From Octopus sinensis (taxonomy: Eukaryota): 64,000 nucleotides of DNA. The notes beneath the pieces are model-generated. The model ran no database searches. It worked only from the letters and a program-made list of their open reading frames with translations, and was not told where the DNA came from. The DNA is taken from assembly GCF_006345805.1 (NCBI RefSeq), contig NC_042999.1, positions 127,472,001 through 127,536,000 of the forward strand, given 5' to 3'. A program made the position numbers and the translations under genes. Below are positions 63,391-64,000 of this stretch, one piece after another (the first letter of the stretch is position 1; each line of letters begins with the position of its first letter).

Positions 63391-64000
63391 CAGAAATTAG
63401 CTGTTGTCAAACCTTGAGTAGGATAAGCTCTTATAAGTTTAAAATGTCAAAGACAAACTTTAGGGCACACCAGCACCCATTCAACAGCATCAAGAGTTAA
63501 GGACTCAAAGGATGAATGAGGATATAATATATTGACTATCAAAATAGCTTAGTAAGTTGTGATAGTGATGCCTTCCTTTGCAAGGCCAGTTTTTATAGGG
63601 GAGTACTGTGATCAGTAAGTAATGACAATCATTTGTTTTTGATATATTTTAAGGAATAAAAAAGCACTCTACCTTAGCAGGATTTGACTAAAGATTTAAA
63701 AATAAAATAACAACAACAACAATAATAATAATAATAATGGACTTATTGTATACAGTGCTCAGATGCACTACAAGAGCACGTATTTTAAGGTATACAAGAT
63801 CAGTATTTTAAGGTAGTTAATCCATGTTTCTGCACATTCAAGTCAATATATTGTTGAGTTAGTTGTATGCAATATCACTACAGTATAAATATTTATTTTG
63901 TTTAGCTTCTAATTTTACACTACATAGTTGAGAAAGGTTTTTTTTTTAATCAACAGCATAGTAGATGCGTAAAGCACCATTTTGGTGGGGGCTGAGCAGT

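Overview
This is a eukaryotic, AT-rich, almost entirely non-coding and repeat-saturated window. The interspersed repeats resemble families I recognise from Octopus/coleoid cephalopod genomes; this is recognition, not a database result. They comprise three tRNA-headed SINE families (locally named A/A2, B and C), a retroelement 3'-tail family ending in (GAT)n (named D), TTAA-flanked piggyBac-type and hAT-type MITEs, and many (TA)n/(CA)n/(CT)n microsatellites. No intact protein-coding gene, RNA gene or CRISPR array can be supported, and nearly all ORFs in the track are artefacts of microsatellites and SINEs. The only recognisable protein sequences are decayed transposon fragments: RTE reverse transcriptase (three pieces), CR1/Jockey-group RT, a mariner transposase and a DD37D/maT-type transposase. 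Non-repeat signals worth follow-up are a ~1.7 kb CpG-enriched promoter-like block at 57.3-59.0 kb ending in a short ATG-to-splice-donor exon, several other short ATG-to-donor candidates on the + strand (possibly alternative first exons of one large gene), a ~500 bp fold-back element at 45.5-46.0 kb, a minus-strand tandem-donor/ratchet-like splice motif, and several local duplications and inverted SINE pairs. I found no convincing evidence of a new multi-gene system; the best hypotheses are low to moderate confidence. Most repeat boundaries are approximate.
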